Assembly: GCA_051313645.2 (NCBI GenBank)
Contig: JBNRSN020000001.1
Coordinates: 544,732,001-544,796,000, forward strand
Direction of reading: 5' to 3'
Length of the DNA: 64,000 nucleotides
From: Centroscyllium fabricii
Lineage: Eukaryota
Position 1 is the stretch's first letter; each line of letters opens with the position of its first letter. Below are positions 1 through 13,440 of the stretch, piece by piece. The position numbers and the translations under genes are program-made. The notes below the pieces were generated by a model. It had not been told where the DNA came from, ran no database searches, and saw nothing but the letters and a program-made list of their open reading frames with translations.

Positions 1-8
1 CTTGGACA

Positions 9-3000
9 ATGCCGGCGCAACGACCGTCAGAAGAATTAATTGCAGCTGCCCACGCGAAGACGGCAGCCAAATGTTACTTTTGTGGGCAGTCTCAGCACCC
101 GAGACGTAACTGCCCTGCTAGAGAAGCGGCCTGTTCGAAATGTGGGAAGAAAGGACACTATGCAAAGGTCTGTAAAGCAACCACAAAATCGAAACCGGGC
201 AGCGCCGCGTGTGGAACATGGGAGCAGCCATATTGGGCTCACCCATCCCCCACTCAGCACCCCTCGTGGCAGCAGTCGCCATATTGGACTCAGCCTCCCC
301 CTCCACAATACACCGCATGGCGGCAGCCATCTTGGGGACCGGCCCCGGAGGACTACTCTTCGGATCAAGACGAATCGGCTGACCCAGTATTGGCATCGGT
401 GACCATCGACCAGGACAAGACTCAGTCACTGGAAAAATCTTCGGATCAAGACGAATCGGCTGATCCAGTATTGGCATCGGTGACCCTCGATCAAGACAAG
501 ACTCAGCCACTGGAAAAATCTATGATGCCGGTGGAAGTTAATGGTCAAGAGGTGGTGTGCCTGTTCGACAGTGGGAGCACAGTAAGTTTTATTAATCCTA
601 ATACTGTAAAGCATCTCTCCCTTAAAGTAATACCTGCGCGCCAGAGAATATCCATGGCTTCCAAGTCAGAATCTGCAGACGTCTCCGGGCGCTGCGCAGT
701 AGCACTCAATGTCCAGGGCGCGCTGTTTAATAATTTTAGCTTTTACGTGCTGCCACAGCTCTGCGCCCCCTTACTCCTGGGACTGGATTTCCAGTGCCAT
801 CTCCAGAGCGTTACTATGGTGTTCGGTGGGCCCCTTCCCTCGCTCACCGTTAGAAACTGCAGCCCAGCGCAGCACCCCCAACGCACTACCTGTGGCCTCT
901 CGACCCTTAAGGTCGCCCCTCCATCCCTCTTTGCCAACCTCACCCCAGACTGCAAGCCCGTCGCCACCAAGAGTAGGCGCTACAGTGCTGGGGACATGGA
1001 TTTTATAAAGTCCGAGGTGCAGCGCCTCCTAAAGGAAGGGGTCATCGAGGCCAGTAATAGCCCCTGGAGTGCGCAGGTAGTAGTAGTCAAAACCGGAGAG
1101 AAGAACCGGATGGTTGTGGACTACAGCCAGACTATAAACCGGTTCACCCAACTAGATGTCTACCCCCTCCCCCGGATAGCGGACATGGTGAACCAGATTG
1201 CGCAGTTTAAAGTGTTTTCCACCATAGACCTTAAATCTGCCTATCACCAGCTTCCCATCCGCTCAGAGGACCGTCTCTATACTGCCTTCGAGGCTGACGG
1301 TCGCCTCTACCAATTTCTTAGGGTCCCGTTTGGCGTCACGAATGGGGTCTCGGTCTTCCAAAGGGAGATGGACCGAATGGTCGATCGGCACGGGCTGCGA
1401 GCCACTTTCCCGTACCTCGATAATGTGACCATCTGCGGCCATGATCAGCAGGACCATGACGCCAACGTCCAGAAATTTCTCCACACCGCCAAAACGCTGA
1501 ACTTAACCTATAACACAGAAAAATGTGTGTTTAGCACCACCCGCCTGGCCATCCTTGGCAGCGTTGTGGAGAATGGGGTCATCGGTCCCGACCCGGACCG
1601 CATGCGCCCCCTCATGGAGCTCCCCCTCCCCCAATCCCACAAGGCCCTTAAACGGTGCTTGGGATTTTTTGCTTACTATGCCCAGTGGGTCCCCAACTAC
1701 GCGGACAAAGCTCGCCCACTACTCAAATCAACCTCTTTTCCCCTGTCTGCAGAAGCCAACTCGGCGTTCTGTGGAATTAAAAACGATATTGCTAAAGCCA
1801 CGATGCATGCTGTGGATGAGTCCGTCCCGTTCCAAGTGGAGAGCGATGCATCGGACTTTGCCCTGGCCGCCACCCTTAACCAGGCGGGCAGACCCGTGGC
1901 CGCCTTCTCGCGTACCCTCCAGGGCCCCGAGACCCGTCACTCCTCAGTCGAGAAGGAGACCCAGGCCATCGTTGAAGCAGTGCGGCACTGGAAGCACTAC
2001 CTGGCCGGCAAGCGTTTTACCCTGTTGACTGACCAACGATCAGTCGCGTTCATGTTCAACAACAAGGAACGGGGTAAAATCAAGAACGACAAGATATTAA
2101 GGTGGAGAATTGAACTCTCTGCGTTCAATTATGATATCTTGTACCGGCCCGGGAAATTTAACGAACCCCCAGACGCCCTATCCCGCGGTACCTGTGCCAG
2201 CGCACAGGCTGACCGTCTCCAAACCCTTCACAATGACCTCTGCCACCCGGGGGTCACCAGGTTGGTTCACTTCGTGAAGTCCCGCAACCTCCCCTACTCT
2301 ATCGAAGAGGTCAAGACCCTGACCAGCAATTGCCAGGTCTGCGCGGAGTGCAAGCCGCACTTCTACCGGCCAGACCGGGCGCACTTGATCAAGGCCACTC
2401 GCCCTTTGAACGACTCAGCGTCGATTTCAAAGGACCCCTTCCCTCCTCCAACAGGAATGTGTACTTCCTCAACATAATTGATGAGTACTCCCGCTTCCCC
2501 TTCGCCATTCCTTGCCCGGACATGACCTCCGCCACCGTTATCAAAGCCCCCAATAGTATCTTCTCCCTGTTCGGCTATCCCAACTATATCCATAGTGACC
2601 GGGGGGCCTCTTTTATGAGTGACGAGCTGCGTCAGTTTCTGCTAGCGAAAGGCATCGCGACTAGCAGGACTACCAGCTACAACCCCCGGGGGAACGGACA
2701 GGTCGAGAGGGAGAACGCCACTGTCTGGAAGGCCATCCAGTTAGCCCTACGGTCTAAAGGCCTCCCAGTCACCCGCTGACAGGACGTCCTCCCTGAAGCG
2801 CTCCACTCTATCCGGTCCCTCCTGTGTACTGCCAATAATGCCACCCCTCACGAACGACTTTTTGCCTTCCCCAGGAAATCAGCTTCCGGGACCTCGCTAC
2901 CATCGTGGCTACTATCCCCGAGACCGGTCCTGCTACGGAAGCACGTGAGGGGACACAAGGCAGATCCCCTGGTCGAACGGGTCCACCTCCTGCACGCCAA

Positions 3001-3385
3001 TCCCCAGTATGCCTACGTGGCGTACCCCGACGGGAGGGAGGACACTGTGTCCATAAAGGACCTGGCACCAGCGGGAGTCCCCAAACCCAGCCCCGCTCAG
3101 CAGCCCAAGCACCCAAGAAGCCCCGCTCAGCAGCCCAAGCACCCAAGAAGCCCCGCTCAGCAGCCCGCGCCCCCAAAACGTCCTGTTACGCTCCCCCAGC
3201 CACCGACGCCAAGGTACGCTCCCCGGCACGTGGACCCAGTACCCCAGTACGCCCGCACGGTACCTGCGAGCAGCACGGCGTGGCCTCCAGCTTGGATCCA
3301 CAGCGCGCGCCCCCTAGAGTCAGAGGACGAAGGAGAGAGCGCGCCCCCTGGGGACAGTCGACTAGCTGGTGCATGTTCCAGTTAG
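9..3385 (+). pseudogene. gag-pol of element A, disrupted
   Basis: ORF 9-2477 shifts frame near 2400 into integrase ORF 2330-2779. A TGA at 2777-2779 replaces a Trp that sister copies retain. Integrase C-terminus continues in 2945-3385. Confidence 0.88.
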
Positions 3386-3453
3386 TAGTCAATAAAAGCC
3401 TAATTGTTTCTTCATCTAACTACTCGCCTTCGAGGTCGTTATTTCAGGTCACA
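3346..3453 (+). repeat. Truncated 3' LTR (R/U5 portion) of element A
   Basis: Similar to the reverse complement of solo LTR 31519-31620 (gggacagtcg..ctggtgcatgttcca..aataaaagcct..gtcaca). No PPT or U3 in front of it. Confidence 0.75.
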
Positions 3454-3536
3454 GGTGCGGGCTCTTTCTTTTTATCCTGAAGAAAGAGTGTCCATTGACT
3501 CTGAAAGCTGTCGTACTTGCATCTATTGAAGTGATC

Positions 3537-4168
3537 GGAGTCAATTTTCCTGGAGCCGACAGGCGGCTTTTTCAGCGGCCAGGGAGGGAAAATCGCAAAA
3601 ACAGGGGGTCGCAACCCCTCCCACCGGTTTCCCGCCAGCTTGTCAGTTTCAGGCCGGCGGGTCCAATCGGCCCACTTCAGTCCCACCCGGCATCAGCGGA
3701 GATGGTCATCGGCACTAACTGTTTCCCTCGGGTGCAAAAGATCAGTGGGAGAAAAGCTGTCACAAACTCACCTTGTGGTTGTTTTGACAGAAAGCATGTA
3801 AGTTCTCAATGAAATGGCTCTGCAGAATCAGGCAGCCAGTGAAACAGACAGCAGCTGTCACTCATTCTCTGTGGTTTAGAGTAGCCATTGTGATGTCATA
3901 GACCTCTTTGACAATCCATTGAAACAGACTGCAGCTGTCACTCAATCTCTGCGGTTTAGTAAGCTAACGGCTCTGCTGCTGAAACAGCCGAAACCCGCCG
4001 GCTTCCTGTCTGCAAACAGTCCTGAGGCAAGGGCTTCCCACACGCGAGGATTTAATTGGCCAATTGAGCCAAAATTGCGTGGGGCTCCCACACCCTTCAG
4101 AAAGCGGGAAGAAAAAGTAATCAGCGGGGAACCCACCAATTCCCCATACCCTGAGGAAAATTGACCCC
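3537..4168. mobile_element. Non-autonomous DNA transposon (PIF/Harbinger-like MITE)
   Basis: TIRs ggagtcaattttcc / ggaaaattgacccc; 3-bp TSD ATC. Related to 39380-40597. Confidence 0.7.
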
Positions 4169-4762
4169 ATCCAGTCTGATAAAAGATGTCGGATGTACTT
4201 GGAGACAGGATCCTATTAGCAACTGGTCTGGTGGAATTACAGTTTGCTGAGCAGCTGTTCTGAGGTTAGTGCTTGAATTGTCACATGCCGTAGACCTTCT
4301 CAGCTGTTCTTGACAGCCAGTTTCGACTTGAGGCCTCACTGACCTACCTCCTTCCACAACTCGGCAATTCTTCAAGCATCACCAGTTGCAGTGACCTCTG
4401 TTTTATGCTTAAATTGAATTCTGAAGAAAATCAAAGGTCCCTCTGACTTTAAAACATATCATGCGATTACTGAGCGAAATCTTTATCTTTCATGAATTGA
4501 ATAATGTTTAATTCTGAACATTATATATAGAAAAGAAGGGTGAATTACAAAGCTGCCATCTGATATGGGGTTTTTGATGACTGTCATGCACTACTCACAC
4601 TTCTCTTTCATAGTTTACAAGACCAGCTGAATCCATTATTAGCCTGTTGTAACCTTGTACTTTACTCTTCGCTCTCTGTTTTTTATGCTTCATACTGTAT
4701 ACAAGACTTTTTTAAAAGAAATCAGGTGCAATTTTGCAAGTGTCACTGTGCTCTAATAGTTA

Positions 4763-5772
4763 GGGGTGATTTTGCCAATAGGGAACTTTTGGAGGCGGGA
4801 CTCCCACTTGTCGGGTTTTAGCCCCGTCTCCAACAACTTCTGGCCAACCCACGCTATTTTCCCTTGATTGACCTTGTTTAGCCCGCCCAGTTAAGAGAAA
4901 GCCAGTTGCAGAGAATGTTTGACAGATGAATTGTCATCATTTGACAGCTCTGTGAAGCTGTCAAACACTGACATAAGAACATAAGAAATAGGAGCAGGAG
5001 TAGGCCAATCGGCCCCTCGAGCCTGCTCCGCCATGCAACAAGATCATGGCTGATCTGATCCTAACCTCAATTTTATTTTAACTCTCCACCCCACCCAAAC
5101 CCATGTGATCACCTGGGAGAGGCGAAAAACCAGATAAAAATCCCAGTAGCCAATTTGGGAGAAAAAATCTGGGAAATTCCTCTCCAACCCATCCAGGCGA
5201 TCGAAAACTGGTCCAGGAGATCACATGACAATCTCTGTAGTTTGATGAGGCCTTTAATTCAAGACCTCGTCAAACCTCTTTCTTTTGCAGAAATGAGATG
5301 GTTGTTGCATCTGAGAATGCAACGGCCATCTGTCATCTCTACCGCGGAGGTGCGGGACTCTCTGCATGCTCACCGACTGAAGCCTGCAGGAAGAAACAAA
5401 GGTAAGTACACTTTTACGAACACTTTGCAATTACCTCAGATACTCACCTCTCCACACTTGCACCCATCACTTACCTTCACGGCGCACTTTTGCACCCTGC
5501 AGACCCCTTTCTCACCTCGCTGAGCTGGCGGGTTTCGGAGCCTTCGGGAAGCCCGCACTTGTGTGGACAAAATGGGGCTAATCTTATTTTCTGCCTGTTA
5601 ATAGGCTTTAATTCCTTGCCACCTCTAAGGAGACGGGACCCGGCGCGGGATGGCTACCTGTCTCCTGGGATGTTGGCATGGAGGCAGGTTGGGTACCTGC
5701 CCCCAAATGCTGCCATTTTCCCGGCAGTTCTGCCTCCATACCCATCTCCCCAGGGCGGGCAAGATCGCGCCC
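4763..5772. mobile_element. Harbinger-like MITE interrupted by a CR1 3' end
   Basis: Imperfect TIRs ggggtgattttgcc / ggcaagatcgcgccc; TSD TTA. Confidence 0.6.
4971..5227 (-). mobile_element. CR1/HER1-type LINE 3' end
   Basis: Reverse complement of the 3' UTR and (tatgttct)n tail seen at 18800-19086 and 38010-38288. Confidence 0.85.
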
Positions 5773-6140
5773 TTAGTTCCAGGAATTGTGAGGTGAACAA
5801 ATAGCTGAGTTAATGCACAGAAGTGTTCACAAACAGCTACGCAACTTGGGATCTCACTGTTACTGTTGTGGCGGTGTGGAGAGGAAGGGAAGGGTTGAGG
5901 CCCCAAAACATACTGTTGGACCTTCTTTGGGTCCTGCAGGAATGAACGTCTTGGGCCACTGCACTCTCACCCCCGGCACGTAAATGGGCAGGGTTTGCCA
6001 CAGCACCACATTTCCCTCACTTCCCACCCTGTAGCCGCAGGTGGTACAGAATGCTTTAGGGGAAGAAACATTGAGGCAGACCAGAGGCGCTCCATACCCA
6101 AAGGCCATGGGGACCAGATAAGAACGTTCTTTTGTTAGTA

Positions 6141-6632
6141 CAGGTCCGGCACCGTTAATCCGGACACCGTTAATCGTCCCGAACAAATCCAGCTGACAGG
6201 TCTGCGCATGCGCAAAATGGCCGCTGCGCTTGGCTGCGCATGCCCGGGCCTCTCCCCAACTGCCCGACTGGTCTGCGCATGTGCAAAATGGCCGCCACGC
6301 TTCACTGCACATGCCCGAGCCTCTCCCCGACTGGTCTGTGCATGCGCAAAATGGCCACCGCACTTGGCTGCGCATGTGCAAAATGGCCACTGCGCTTGGC
6401 TGCGTACGCGCAAAATGGCCACCGCGCTTGGCTGCACATGCCCGGGCCTCTCCCCGAATGATTGCTGCTTCGGCGAGCGCATGCGCAGACCATTCAAAAT
6501 GGCCACCGGCGTGCGCGGTGGCCATTTTGAATGGTCTGCGCATGCGCTCGCCGAAGCTTCAATCGTTCAGATTTTTCAGTAGTCCGGCACCGGCCTGGTC
6601 GTGCCGGTGCCGGATTAACGGTGTCGGACCTG
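6141..6632. mobile_element. Tc1/mariner (Tigger/pogo-like) MITE with internal TGCGCATGCGCA-AAATGGCC repeats
   Basis: TIRs CAGGTCCGGCACCGTTAATCCGG / CCGGATTAACGGTGTCGGACCTG; TA on both flanks. Confidence 0.85.
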
Positions 6633-6944
6633 TAGATGGTTTAAATATTTTGTAAAATTTTTGAAGTTTCAGTAAGATTTTTTTTAAACCTTTCTTTAAG
6701 TTTCTTAAGGTATCTAAGGCTTTCTAAATTATTTTAAAGTCTTTTAAATGTTTTTTTACCATATTTCTAAGACTTGTGGTTGTGGACTTGGCCTCAGCAA
6801 GCAATGGGGTTTCCTCAGGGCCTCCCCTGCTTTGAGGAGGAAAAGAAGGTTCCGGAAGCCCACTGCGGGGTTATCAAGTTGGACAGGCACCATTAGCAAT
6901 CTCTAGCCTCTACCCACTGGTACCCATGCCTCCCCATATCTAAT

Positions 6945-7452
6945 ACAATAGCAAAATACTGTGGATGCTGGAAACCTGAATAACAACAGAAAATGCCGGA
7001 AACACTCAGCAGGTCAGGCAGCATCAGTGGAGAGAGAAACAGAGTTAACGTTTCAGGTCTGGGACCCTTCATCAGAACTGGAAAAGGCTAGAGATGTAAC
7101 AGATTTTAAGCAGGCGCAGAGGCAGGGAAAGGAGGAGAGGAAGAAGGAATCGACTGAACATTCTGTGCTAGAGTAGGAGGCAGGCGAGATTAACTGTTGC
7201 AAATGGGTATGGCAGAATCATCAACAGCCTGAAAAATGCGGGCAGGGGTTATGGTCTGAAATTGTTGAACTCATTGTTGAATCCAAAAGGCTGTAAAGTG
7301 CCTAATCGAAAGATGAGGTGCTGTTCCTCGAGCTTACGTGGAGTTTCATTGGAACTGTGTAAGAGGCCGAGGACAGAGAGATCAGAGTGGGAGTGGAGCA
7401 GAGAATTAAAGCGACAGGCGACCAGAAGCTCGGGGTCATCCTTTCGGACTGA
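6945..7452 (-). mobile_element. Penelope-like element 3' end (GIY-YIG C-terminus plus pseudo-LTR)
   Basis: Minus strand reads ..VACRFNS..HSHSDLSVLGLLH..RKLEEQHLIFRLGTLQPFGFNNEF, typical of the end of the Penelope endonuclease. A hammerhead-containing repeat follows. Confidence 0.8.
7043..7079 (-). ncRNA. Minimal hammerhead ribozyme core (Penelope type)
   Basis: Minus strand AGTT-CTGATGA-AGGGTCCCAGACCT-GAAAC-GTT-AACT: CUGANGA and GAAA boxes, stem II hairpin, palindromic AACGTT stem III, closing AGTT/AACT stem I. Confidence 0.72.
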
Positions 7453-9522
7453 TATCTAGATGGACTACTTCAACAAGACCTTGGCAACGCCTCGAAAGGC
7501 TGTGCCTCCCTCATGAAGCAATAGTTGAATTACAACAGCTCCAGGTACAGGTCATAAGGGCATCCTTCAGATGACTAAGATGCAAAGCCACTGCCAAATA
7601 AGCCCTGCCATCATGGTCTCTTTTTGGCAACATTGGCAACTCAGTCACTGGCTGACATACACCTCTCCTCTACAACCTCTTCCAAGGCTCTCATATTGAG
7701 ATCATTCTGCTGCTCCTTTGCAGAGGCCCACCTTCGCCTAAATCATTCTGCACATATCCCATCAGTGACAAAAAACATCTCGCTGACAAAAAATCTGAGA
7801 ACCTTCCTGCTTTTTAAGGCCTGCATGACTCCCCTTGGTGTGTCCTTCCAATTGTAGACTTATTTCTTTCAGTTCTGAAGCGGTTGGTAATTTGTAGCAG
7901 GAGACTTTGTGCTTGAGGTGGCACTTCCTTGTCTTTGGCTGCGGGATGGTTTGCTTCTAAGAAAAAAGTAGAATGTGAAGGCATTCTTCATGCCATCATA
8001 TGTATGGAATGCCATCCAATCTTCAGAGAGTAATCCTTAATGAGAGTGAGGTGGCACACACTGTCAAGGCCACCATCTCAACAGGCCTGGCTCATATACT
8101 TCACAGGCTCCTTCCCAAAGGACCTGCAAGCTAGATCTTCCTTAGCCGGACTTCACCTCAACTGAAGAGTCATAAAACTTGTGGGCTTGGTGCCCTGAAG
8201 AAGCACCTGCCCCAGACATTACATTGAGCTACATGATTACAGACACAAAATGGCTGCCTTGACTCTTTCAGCTTCTGCAACAGCCCTGGAATATCCTGCT
8301 TTCCACAGGCAAGATGTCAATAGAGGGTGTTAATAATGCCTGGAGCCCACCTTGAATATATGATGATGGTGCACTGAGGAAAGTTGGGTGGGTTCATCTC
8401 AATATTACACAGGTGATTCAAGAACAATTCTGGCAGACGTCTGATTGTAAATTCATTACTGAGAAAAAATATGGAGCTTGAACCTGTGATTGTAGATGAT
8501 GTAGATGTAAGCAGACTATTTGTCTTGGACGGTGAGCACAGAGTTAGAGGCCGTATGTCAAAATTACAAATCTCTATTCAGACCAAAATATATTTTTTTC
8601 ATCATGGCGGGTTATGTGTCCTAGCAAAAGACGTTGATGCTGTCTTGATTTCTTCTTTGAAAAGGAAGCGGGATGGTCTCTGGTTGAAGGTTACAGGGAT
8701 AATAATAGTCCAAGGTGATCAGACATTCAGCTGGACACGGTGGGCAGTGTATTGCTGGGCTATGAGCCGAATTTGTGGATGGTCACAGCTTTGTTCGAAC
8801 AGTGGGGATATGGGGATGAGTGGATGAATATTCTTGAGCTTTGCATGAGTACCTTTGGTGATCAGAGATTATTTTGCAGAACGTCTCCTTAGGAGATTAA
8901 ATAGTTTTGGTAGATTCCTTGATAGGACAGTGCATTGGAAGGAGCTGCTTTAATAGGCAGAATAGACTCTGATACCTTATCAATAACCTCGGAGACGAGA
9001 AGTTATGTGGTGAATAAAAGGCTTTTAATCGCTAAGACATGGGCATGCCCCAGCTAGTCGACTGCTCCCGGAATGATCGGGGGGAGGGAGACAGTCACCT
9101 TTATACCTGGTCCAGGGGGGGAGGAGCCACAGGCGGAGTCAGCACAGGCATGCCCAGATAAGCTATACAGGGAGAACTAAAAACATACAGAAAGGGTCAT
9201 AGAAGGTTATAGATATGGTACAGATATATAACACTGTAGCGCCAGCAAGGCCTAGGAACCACACGTGAGCCAGAGCTAGAGAAAACACAACTTTAATACA
9301 CTAGAGCTAAACAAGAAAGAGAGTGAACCACTCGCAACAAGCATATTTAAACAGTCCCGCGGTTGGTGACGTCATCGCGTCGGCAGACGTGGTGACGTCG
9401 TCGCGTCACCCGGATGAGCGGGGCTCTGCTCCGCGGAGTTCCCGTGGCGGATTCGGTGTCCCAGTGGGCGTGCCGCCACACAGCTCCCCCCAGAATCCGT
9501 CCGGGAGGAATAGTAAAAGAGT

Positions 9523-12500
9523 CTATGTGGGCCGTTGTGGTGGCCGGATAATGCGGCCGGACCGTGTTGCATGTTGCTTCTGGTTCTGCGGTGGAGTGTG
9601 GGCGGGTTTTGTTGTGGGAGGGCGACCGCGTTGTGGTGGTTGTGCGGGGACAGTCGTTTCGCCCGCTATAACGTGTGCCGGCTTGAGCCGGTCTATTGTC
9701 ACCGTTTCGGTCCTGTTGCCCATTTGCAGTTCGAAAGCTTTAGCTCCCGCCCGAAGCACTCTGTAGGGGCCATCGTATGGTGGCTGTAGTGGAGATCGGT
9801 GTCCGTCGCGCCGGACGAACATGAATTTTGCGTTTTTGATGCCGTCCGGCACCCGAGCTGCCGGCTCTCCGTGCCGGGCCACTGGTAGTGGCTGGAAAGC
9901 TCGTGCCGGGTTGGCGAAGTCTTTTAAATACTGGTCAGCTGACATGGGAGCGTTGGGCTCGGCTAGGAACTCGCCCGGCACTGTTAAGGCTTGGCCGTAG
10001 ACGAGTTCTGCTGCCGAGGCATTTAGGTCTTCCTTGACTGCCGAGCGCAGCCCGAGGAGAACCCATGGGAGGTGGTCGGTCCACGATGCGTCCTTGACGG
10101 TGGCTCGTAGTGATGCCTTCATTGAGCGGTGGAACCGTTCGCATAGCCCGTTCGCTTGTGGGTGGTATGCGGTGGTTCGATGTAGTGTTACCCCGAGGTC
10201 GCGGGCGATGGCCGCCCATAATGCCGACGTAAACTGGGGTCCTCCGTCGGAGGTGATGTCGGTGGGCACGCCGAAACGGACGACCCAGGTGGCGATGAAC
10301 GCCCTGGCCAAGTCCGTGGTGCCGGTGGCAGTGAGGGGGACTGCTTCTGGCCAGCGAGTGTTGCGGTTGACCATGGTCATAACGTGCGTGTGGCCCCGGG
10401 ATGGCGGTAGTGGCCCGACGAGATCAATGTGGACGTGGTCAAAGCGTCTGGCCGGTACTTTAAAGGTTTCCAGCGGTGCCGTGATGTGCTTGTGCTCTTT
10501 GGAGCGCTGGCAGGCAATGCAGGAGCTGGCCCAGGTGCGAACGTCCTTGCGCAGGCCGCGCCATACGAACCGGGCCGAGATTAATTTAATAGATGCGCGG
10601 GTGCCGGGGTGGGACAGGTCATGGAGGGTCCTGAATATGTGTCGCCTCCAAGCGTGGGGGACAACGGGCCTGGGCTGCGGCAGGGATACATCACAGCAGA
10701 TGACGGTGGCAGCGGGGCCGTGCACGATATTGGCCAAGTGGAGGCCCGGGAGATTTGCTGCTGCGTTGAGCAGGTCTGGGTCGGCCAGCTGGTCTGCGGC
10801 CAGCTGGGTGTAATCGACCGCCATTTGGGCAGCGTTAATGGTGGGGCGTGAGAGGCAGTCAGCAACCACGTTGTCGCGGCCGGAGATATGTTGGATGTCA
10901 GTCGTAAATTCCGACACGGCCGCGAGTTGGCGCTGCTGCCTGGCCGACCAGGGTTCGGCGACCTTAGCCATCGCAAACGTGAGTGGCTTATGGTCGACGA
11001 AGGCTGTGAAGTGGCGGCCCTCCAGGAGGAAACGAAAATGTCGCACTGCCAGATGGAGAGCGAGGAGCTCCCTATCGAAGGCGCTGTACTTAACCTCTGG
11101 GGGCCGGAGTTGCCGGCTGAAAAAGGCCAGGGGCTGCCACGAGTTGCCGGTCCACTGCTCAAATACGGCCCCGACCGCGTGGTCGGAGGCGTCGGTGGTG
11201 AGGGCTACTCTGGCGTTGGGCCTAGGGTGGGCTAGGAGGGTGGCGTTTGCCAGGGCTGTTTTAGTTGCGGTGAAGGCGGTGGCGGCGTCGGCCGTCCACT
11301 CGACCGCAGCCTTGTTAGACTGCCCACGGGTGGCCTGGTATAAGGGGGCCATGAGAGCGGCTGCTCCCGGGATGAAGCGGTTATAAAAATTGACCATCCC
11401 CAGAAATTCCTGCAGCCCTTTAAAGGAGGGCGGGCGGGGGAATTCCTGTACCGCCTGCACCTTTGAGGGCAGGGGTATGGCCCCTGTTTGGGAGATACGG
11501 TGGCCGAGGAAGTCAATGGTATCGAGGCCGAATTTGCACTTGGTAGGGCTTAATATGAGGCCGTGTTCGGCCAGGCGCTGGAACAGGGTCCTGAGGTGCA
11601 GGAGGTGTTCCTGGGGGGAGGTGCTGGCCACGAGGATGTCGTCTAAATAGACGAAAATGAACTTCAAGTCCCGCAGGACCGAGTCCATGAGGCGCTGGAA
11701 GGCCTGGGTCGCGTTTTTAAGGCCGAAGGGCATCCTGAGGAACTCGAAGAGCCCGAAGGGGGTGATGACGGCCGTTTTAGGAATGTCCGCCGGGTGCACC
11801 GGAACCTGGTGGTAGCCACGCACCAGGTCGATCTTAGAGAAGATCGTGCAGCCCGCTAATCTGGTGGAAAAATCTTGGATGTGGGGTACGGGGTACCTAT
11901 CCGGGGTAGTGGCGTTGTTTAGGCGGCGGTAGTCACCGCAGGTGCGCCAACCCCCGTCTGGCTTGGGGGCTATGTGGAGAGGAGAGGCCCAGGGGCTGTT
12001 GGAGCGGCGGATAATGCCGAGTTGCTCCATGGTGCGGAACTCGGTGCGCGCGATCTCCTGTTTGGCCGGGTCGAGCCTACGGGCGTGGGCATGGACGGGC
12101 GGGCCTGTGGTCGTAATAAAGTGTTCCACCCCGTGTTTGGCCTGGCGGGCGGTGAACGTGGGGTTGGTTAGGGCGGGGAACTCTGCAAGGAGTGCGCCGT
12201 AGGCGTCCGAGTTCCGAGAGCGGCATTGGGCTGCCGCGTGGGCCAGGAGTGCGGGCCCTGTGGAGCATGGGATGGTCGTCATGTTATTCATGTTGACCAA
12301 GCGGCGCCGGGTCACCTCGACCAGTAGGCCGTAGGCGCAGTGGAAATCTGCCCCGAGGAGGGGTGAAGTGACCTGGGCTGTGACGAAATCCCAGGTGTAC
12401 GTGTGGCTTGCAAGTGTAATAGTGAGCTTGCGGGTGCCGTACGTTTTAATACTGGAGCCGTTGGCCGCTGCGAGTGGCGAGCCCCGGGTGCCTTGTTCGG

Positions 12501-13350
12501 TTTCTGCAGGGGAGGCTGGCACGATGCTTTGCTGCGCGCCTGTGTCGCAGAGGAACCTAAGGCCTGTGCCTCTGTCTGTAACAAAGAGCAGTGCTCCTGT
12601 GTGGCCTACAGACATAGTGGGGGCTGAGTTGGGCCGTGGCTTGAATGCGCATGGCTGGACGCAGCGGTGCGCTTTGTTATCGAACCGCGTGTGGTAGTAG
12701 CACCAGCCGGTGCTAGAGGGACGCGGTTGCCTAGGTGGGCGCGGGGCCCTAGGTTCAGGCGTAAAGTTGGGCCTGGGAGGTGATTGGTTGCGCTCTACCG
12801 ATGCGGAGTTAGGGTCGCACGTGGTTGAGCGGGTGCGCTGCGCCTCCATGAGCCTGTCGGCTTCCTCAGCGAGCTCGTCGTCGCTCCGTTGGCCAAGGGC
12901 CGCCAAGGCCGGTCTGATGGAGCGGGGCAGTTTAAGGAGGAAGACGGTGCGGAACAGGGAGGCCAGATTGGGTGTAAGCGCTTGCATCTGACCTAAGAGG
13001 TCCGATGGGTCTGCGTCCCCGAGTTCGGGGAGGTCAAGGAGCTGGCAGTCGCGCTCAAATTGAGAGGGGGTAAAAAAAATTATAAGCGCGGCCTTAAGGG
13101 ATTCGTACCTGCCTGTAGTGGGCACACGCTGTATTTTTGACCACATCCGATCGATCGTCGATTGCGGTAGGGCTGAGAACACCAGGTCGTAGCGGTCGTC
13201 CCCCTGGATGCCATGTGTGCGGCAGCTGGTCTCGATGCACATAAACCAGGCCGCTGGCCGTTGCTCCCAGAACTCCGGTAGAGTTAGTCCGCGTCCGAAG
13301 TTCTGGCCAAGTCCCTGTGTTCGTGGGGCTTGGTTCCTTGCTCTTGCCAT
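9523..13350 (-). CDS. Intact 1275-aa Gag-Pol polyprotein
   Basis: Gag LPEFW..PAAWF and CHCC motif [18 protein letters not shown] (CsRn1 signature); protease LCDTGA; RT YLDD; RNase H TTDASD; integrase HHCC, HIDLV/TSDGG/CERFH, GPY. Confidence 0.95.
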   Translation of the reverse strand: MARARNQAPRTQGLGQNFGRGLTLPEFWEQRPAAWFMCIETSCRTHGIQGDDRYDLVFSALPQSTIDRMWSKIQRVPTTGRYESLKAALIIFFTPSQFERDCQLLDLPELGDADPSDLLGQMQALTPNLASLFRTVFLLKLPRSIRPALAALGQRSDDELAEEADRLMEAQRTRSTTCDPNSASVERNQSPPRPNFTPEPRAPRPPRQPRPSSTGWCYYHTRFDNKAHRCVQPCAFKPRPNSAPTMSVGHTGALLFVTDRGTGLRFLCDTGAQQSIVPASPAETEQGTRGSPLAAANGSSIKTYGTRKLTITLASHTYTWDFVTAQVTSPLLGADFHCAYGLLVEVTRRRLVNMNNMTTIPCSTGPALLAHAAAQCRSRNSDAYGALLAEFPALTNPTFTARQAKHGVEHFITTTGPPVHAHARRLDPAKQEIARTEFRTMEQLGIIRRSNSPWASPLHIAPKPDGGWRTCGDYRRLNNATTPDRYPVPHIQDFSTRLAGCTIFSKIDLVRGYHQVPVHPADIPKTAVITPFGLFEFLRMPFGLKNATQAFQRLMDSVLRDLKFIFVYLDDILVASTSPQEHLLHLRTLFQRLAEHGLILSPTKCKFGLDTIDFLGHRISQTGAIPLPSKVQAVQEFPRPPSFKGLQEFLGMVNFYNRFIPGAAALMAPLYQATRGQSNKAAVEWTADAATAFTATKTALANATLLAHPRPNARVALTTDASDHAVGAVFEQWTGNSWQPLAFFSRQLRPPEVKYSAFDRELLALHLAVRHFRFLLEGRHFTAFVDHKPLTFAMAKVAEPWSARQQRQLAAVSEFTTDIQHISGRDNVVADCLSRPTINAAQMAVDYTQLAADQLADPDLLNAAANLPGLHLANIVHGPAATVICCDVSLPQPRPVVPHAWRRHIFRTLHDLSHPGTRASIKLISARFVWRGLRKDVRTWASSCIACQRSKEHKHITAPLETFKVPARRFDHVHIDLVGPLPPSRGHTHVMTMVNRNTRWPEAVPLTATGTTDLARAFIATWVVRFGVPTDITSDGGPQFTSALWAAIARDLGVTLHRTTAYHPQANGLCERFHRSMKASLRATVKDASWTDHLPWVLLGLRSAVKEDLNASAAELVYGQALTVPGEFLAEPNAPMSADQYLKDFANPARAFQPLPVARHGEPAARVPDGIKNAKFMFVRRDGHRSPLQPPYDGPYRVLRAGAKAFELQMGNRTETVTIDRLKPAHVIAGETTVPAQPPQRGRPPTTKPAHTPPQNQKQHATRSGRIIRPPQRPT

Positions 13351-13428
13351 GTTTTCCGTTTTAAAATGTTCTTTGGCTGGTGGTCCCTGATCCTGCGGCA
13401 GCTTTTCTTCTTTGGATGTCGTTCCAAA

Positions 13429-13440
13429 TCGGGGTCACCA
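13429..13440 (-). promoter_or_regulatory. tRNA-Trp primer-binding site
   Basis: TGGTGACCCCGA 1 nt after the 5' LTR. Confidence 0.85.

Larger units (their letters stand above)
1..3453 (+). mobile_element. Ty3/Gypsy LTR retrotransposon, Mag-like ('element A'); 5' part outside the window, 3' end internally deleted
   Basis: Two CCHC knuckles (CYFCGQSQHPRRNC, CSKCGKKGHYAKVC), protease LFDSGS, RT (YLDN), RNase H (ESDAS, TDQ), integrase HHCC and DDE motifs. Ends in an LTR 3' half with AATAAA and terminal CA at 3453. Confidence 0.93.

Noticed and set aside
5860-6655. Ala/His/Cys-rich ORFs on both strands
   Set aside because: By-product of the GC-rich MITE repeats.
7470-8960. Possible very old LINE or host exons
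   Set aside because: No recognisable motif or consistent splice phase; left unannotated.
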